This document shows positions 61,343 through 64,000 of a stretch of DNA of 64,000 nucleotides, piece after piece. How positions within the stretch are numbered: the stretch's first letter is position 1; each line of letters starts with the position of its first letter. Both the position numbers and the translations under genes were made by a program. The stretch is from Candidatus Dojkabacteria bacterium (GTDB lineage: Bacteria > Patescibacteriota > Dojkabacteria > JAHIVN01): NCBI GenBank assembly GCA_016932045.1, contig JAFGDO010000012.1, forward strand, positions 4,195-68,194. The letters run 5' to 3'. Under the pieces are notes generated by a model. The model was not told where the DNA came from. It was given only the letters and a program-made list of their open reading frames with translations, and did no database searches.

Positions 61343-61403
61343 AAAGTTATCTTCTGCCCCATATGAAGTAATCTAAATTTTGATTACTTAAAAAGATAAC
61401 TTT
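61343..61403 (-). promoter_or_regulatory. Nested stem-loop followed by U-rich tract upstream of the fused nrdJ
   Basis: 11-bp outer stem aaagttatctt/aagataacttt enclosing aagtaatc/gattactt; ATTTTTTC follows on the minus strand. Confidence 0.45.
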
Positions 61404-61421
61404 TATATGTATACTTTTACT

Positions 61422-62039
61422 TTACATATCAAAATCATCAAAGCTATCTGTGTCTTCAAGATCAGGTATTTTATGATTCCTTAATATTCTTTCGAGTTTT
61501 TCATTTAATTCATTTAGCGAGCCGTCGTTTATTATCACCTCGTCGGAAAGTTTCTTGCATTCGTTTATGTTTGGAAGATATTCTTTGTCAGCTCCATCAG
61601 GAGAATGTTCAAAATCGTCCTTCTTCTTGAATTCTTCTTTGGACATTCCTGCACTTATCTCTTTTAAGAATGTTCTTCTGTATCTAGTTTCAAAAGGAGC
61701 ATCAACGAAAATTATTAAAGCATTATAATCTTCTTTTAATAGCTTAATGTCAGCTGGATGTCTGATAGGACATATCACATATCTTTCGTCTTTTTGTATT
61801 TGCTCTGAGGCCTTTTTTGCCAAAACGCCTAGGCCTTGTTTTTTTCGAAGATCTACAAGTATATCAAGCCAATTTTGTCTATTGCTCATATCTTCCTTTT
61901 GTTTGAGACCTTCATCAAGTATAGGCTGAGTATTTCTTATTGCTTTAAAACCTCGATCAACTAAAAAGTACTGAAGTGCTCCTTTACCCGAAGTCATTGT
62001 CCCAGTTATTCCGATTATAATGTTATTAAGCTTAACCAT
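61422..62039 (-). CDS. P-loop nucleotide kinase (dephospho-CoA kinase-like / (d)NMP kinase)
   Basis: IIIGITGTMTSGKG, IRHPAD, FVDAPFETRYRR, IINDGSL. Confidence 0.8.
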   Translation of the reverse strand: MVKLNNIIIGITGTMTSGKGALQYFLVDRGFKAIRNTQPILDEGLKQKEDMSNRQNWLDILVDLRKKQGLGVLAKKASEQIQKDERYVICPIRHPADIKLLKEDYNALIIFVDAPFETRYRRTFLKEISAGMSKEEFKKKDDFEHSPDGADKEYLPNINECKKLSDEVIINDGSLNELNEKLERILRNHKIPDLEDTDSFDDFDM

Positions 62040-62081
62040 ATATATAGTATTTTAAGTTATATAATAAAATAATCAAGCCGA

Positions 62082-63815
62082 TTATTTTGATTGAATGTTT
62101 AATACTTGTTTATCTCTGCTTCTATTTCTATATATTGTAACACCTTTTAGTTTTAATTTATATGCAGAAAGATATATTTTCTCAATTTCCTTAATTGAAA
62201 TATCTTCAGCTACATTTATGGTTTTTGAAACAGCATTGTCAGTGAATTTTTGAAATGCCGCCTGCATTTTCAGATGCCACAAAGGCTCTATCTCATAAGC
62301 AGTTTTGAAGATTTTTTTCATGCCGTCAGGAATTCCTTTAATATTCTGAATGCTTCCAGATTTTAAAATCTTTTTCATGAGCTCCTTGCTAAATAGCCAC
62401 TCTTCCTTCAGTTTTTCTTCGAGAATTTTATTAACAATAATTAATTTTTTATTGCCAAGTGTTTCCATGTTTGAACGATTATAGGCTAACGCAAAAAATG
62501 GCTCTATACCGCCGTTACAATCGGCAAAAAGGGAGATAGTACCAGTCGGAGCAATAGTTGTAATTGTAGCATTTCTCATGTTTTTATAGCCAAGGCGTGA
62601 AAATATACTCTTCTTGAAGCTGCCAAAGTTCCCCTTTAGCTTTCCCTGCTTACTACTCTCATCTCTTGTTATTTTTTGGATAAATCCCATTAGTTCTTCG
62701 GCTATTTCGAGTGCTTTCTTGCTATCGTAAGGGATAGATAATTTTGCTAGCATATCAGCCCAACCCATTATCCCAAGACCAATTTTTCTGTTGCCCTTTT
62801 TAACAATTTTTTCAATTTGAGGGAAAACATAATAGGCAATGTCAATTGTATTATCTAGAAATCGGACGGCAAGTCTCAAAATCTTTTCTAATTTTTCCCA
62901 GTGGATATTATTCTTATTAACAAACTTAGTAAGGTTCACTGAACCCAAATTGCATGCTTCATAAGGAAGAAGAGGCTGTTCACCACACAGATTAGTCGCT
63001 GTTATTTCCAAAAGTTTTGGAAGCGTATTCTTTTTATTAATCTCGTCAATGAATATAACGCCGGGTTCGCCGCTTGCATGAGCACTTTTTGCAATACTTG
63101 CCATGAGGTTTCGTGCTGACACTTTCTTTGTGGTTTTTCCATCATTCGGGTGTTTCAGTAGGAAATCGTCACCTTTCTCGTATGCCTGCATAAATTTATC
63201 TGTGATAGCTACAGAAATATTAAAATTAGTTAGTTGTGACAAATCTTCTTTTACAGCGATAAATTTTTCAATATCAGGATGATCGATTCTTAAGATTCCC
63301 ATATGTCCAGCATGTCTTGCGCTTCCACGGTTCAGTATAATCTCTGATGAAAAGTCGAAAAGCTGCATAAATGAAATAGGACCTGAGGATTCTTTGCCTG
63401 TAGATTTAATGAGAGATCCTTCTGGCCTTAAAGGGGAAAAGTCATATCCTACTCCAGCACCTAGCCTATGGAGCTGGACAGATTCATACAGAGTCTTATA
63501 AATTGATTCCAAACTGTCTTCAAGCGGAAGAACATAACATGCAGCCATAAGCTTTCTTCTTCCTCTGTCTGAGAGTGCAAAACCTGATAGGAATTCGAAA
63601 TTGGCCATCATTTCATAGAAATCCTTTTCAAGCTGTAATGTATCTTTTCTAGAAGTTTTATACTTGGTCTCAGCTGAAGCAATGTGTTTCGCAATTCTTC
63701 TGAACATGACATCTATCGTCTCTCTGGGTTTCCCATTCTTATCCAGCATTAGATACCTATTTTTAGCAATAAGCTTCTGTTGCTCATTAATTTGTATTTT
63801 ATTTTCTAGTTTCAT
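62082..63815 (-). CDS. nrdJ: Class II ribonucleotide reductase catalytic core (no ATP-cone, no C-terminal tail)
   Basis: [55 protein letters not shown]; ends at QVLNIQSK. Confidence 0.93.
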   Translation of the reverse strand: MKLENKIQINEQQKLIAKNRYLMLDKNGKPRETIDVMFRRIAKHIASAETKYKTSRKDTLQLEKDFYEMMANFEFLSGFALSDRGRRKLMAACYVLPLEDSLESIYKTLYESVQLHRLGAGVGYDFSPLRPEGSLIKSTGKESSGPISFMQLFDFSSEIILNRGSARHAGHMGILRIDHPDIEKFIAVKEDLSQLTNFNISVAITDKFMQAYEKGDDFLLKHPNDGKTTKKVSARNLMASIAKSAHASGEPGVIFIDEINKKNTLPKLLEITATNLCGEQPLLPYEACNLGSVNLTKFVNKNNIHWEKLEKILRLAVRFLDNTIDIAYYVFPQIEKIVKKGNRKIGLGIMGWADMLAKLSIPYDSKKALEIAEELMGFIQKITRDESSKQGKLKGNFGSFKKSIFSRLGYKNMRNATITTIAPTGTISLFADCNGGIEPFFALAYNRSNMETLGNKKLIIVNKILEEKLKEEWLFSKELMKKILKSGSIQNIKGIPDGMKKIFKTAYEIEPLWHLKMQAAFQKFTDNAVSKTINVAEDISIKEIEKIYLSAYKLKLKGVTIYRNRSRDKQVLNIQSK

Positions 63816-63867
63816 AATAAAAGCGAGCTATATGTTCACTTGAATTATTTTATAAAGTACGGTTTTT

Positions 63868-64000
63868 TCATATCTGTTTTTCAAGATCTGAGGCAGAATC
63901 TCTTCCTCCCTGCCACTGCCCGCGATATGTGTTCTTGATTGAGCCCTTGACTTCCATAAAATAGACACTGCAATACCTTGCTCCCATCTCGATCTGAAAA
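63868..64000 (-). CDS. C-terminus of a dCTP deaminase/dUTPase-family protein (partial, not in ORF track)
   Basis: Minus frame from 63999 reads FQIEMGARYCSVYFMEVKGSIKNTYRGQWQGGRDSASDLEKQI*, resembling the GxRIxQ..F and Y.G.YQ C-terminal motifs of trimeric Dcd/Dut. Confidence 0.65.
   Translation of the reverse strand, partial: FQIEMGARYCSVYFMEVKGSIKNTYRGQWQGGRDSASDLEKQI

Noticed and set aside
61314-62081. Cobalamin riboswitch or NrdR boxes at the RNR genes
   Set aside because: No B12-box or convincing NrdR palindrome pair is visible in the short spacers; the cluster's 5' end lies outside the window.
56499-63815. Assembly duplication explaining three nrdJ copies
   Set aside because: The copies differ extensively in protein and DNA sequence, including key loops.

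Overview
AT-rich bacterial chromosomal window read in genetic code 11. Gene content and intergenic style suggest a Patescibacteria/CPR genome, possibly Dojkabacteria-like (inference only). It carries housekeeping genes (mnmA, cysteine synthase-cysS, T-box-aspS, mraZ-rsmH-ftsL-ftsI, murA, murE, mfd, fakA-fakB-plsY, elp3, cobO), a sortase and several membrane-anchored paralogs. The most striking region is the minus-strand dNTP cluster at 56.5-64 kb: a dCTP deaminase/dUTPase-like gene, a stand-alone class II (B12) ribonucleotide reductase core, a P-loop nucleotide kinase, and a 1604-aa fusion NrdJ-[degenerate Ham1/ITPase]-NrdJ-TSCPD/Zn-ribbon. That gives three RNR catalytic domains, all with intact catalytic cysteines but different specificity loops, and only one C-terminal Cys tail. 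Other highlights: an unannotated leaderless tri-Cys leader peptide with alternative hairpins upstream of cysteine synthase-cysS; a compact T-box; a protein-kinase-like ORF running off the left edge; a glycosyltransferase-like gene split by one in-frame TAG; many apparently leaderless genes; and strand-polarised degenerate 8-nt intergenic repeats. No CRISPR array, rRNA, intact tRNA or transposase was seen. All product calls come from motif recognition, not database searches.
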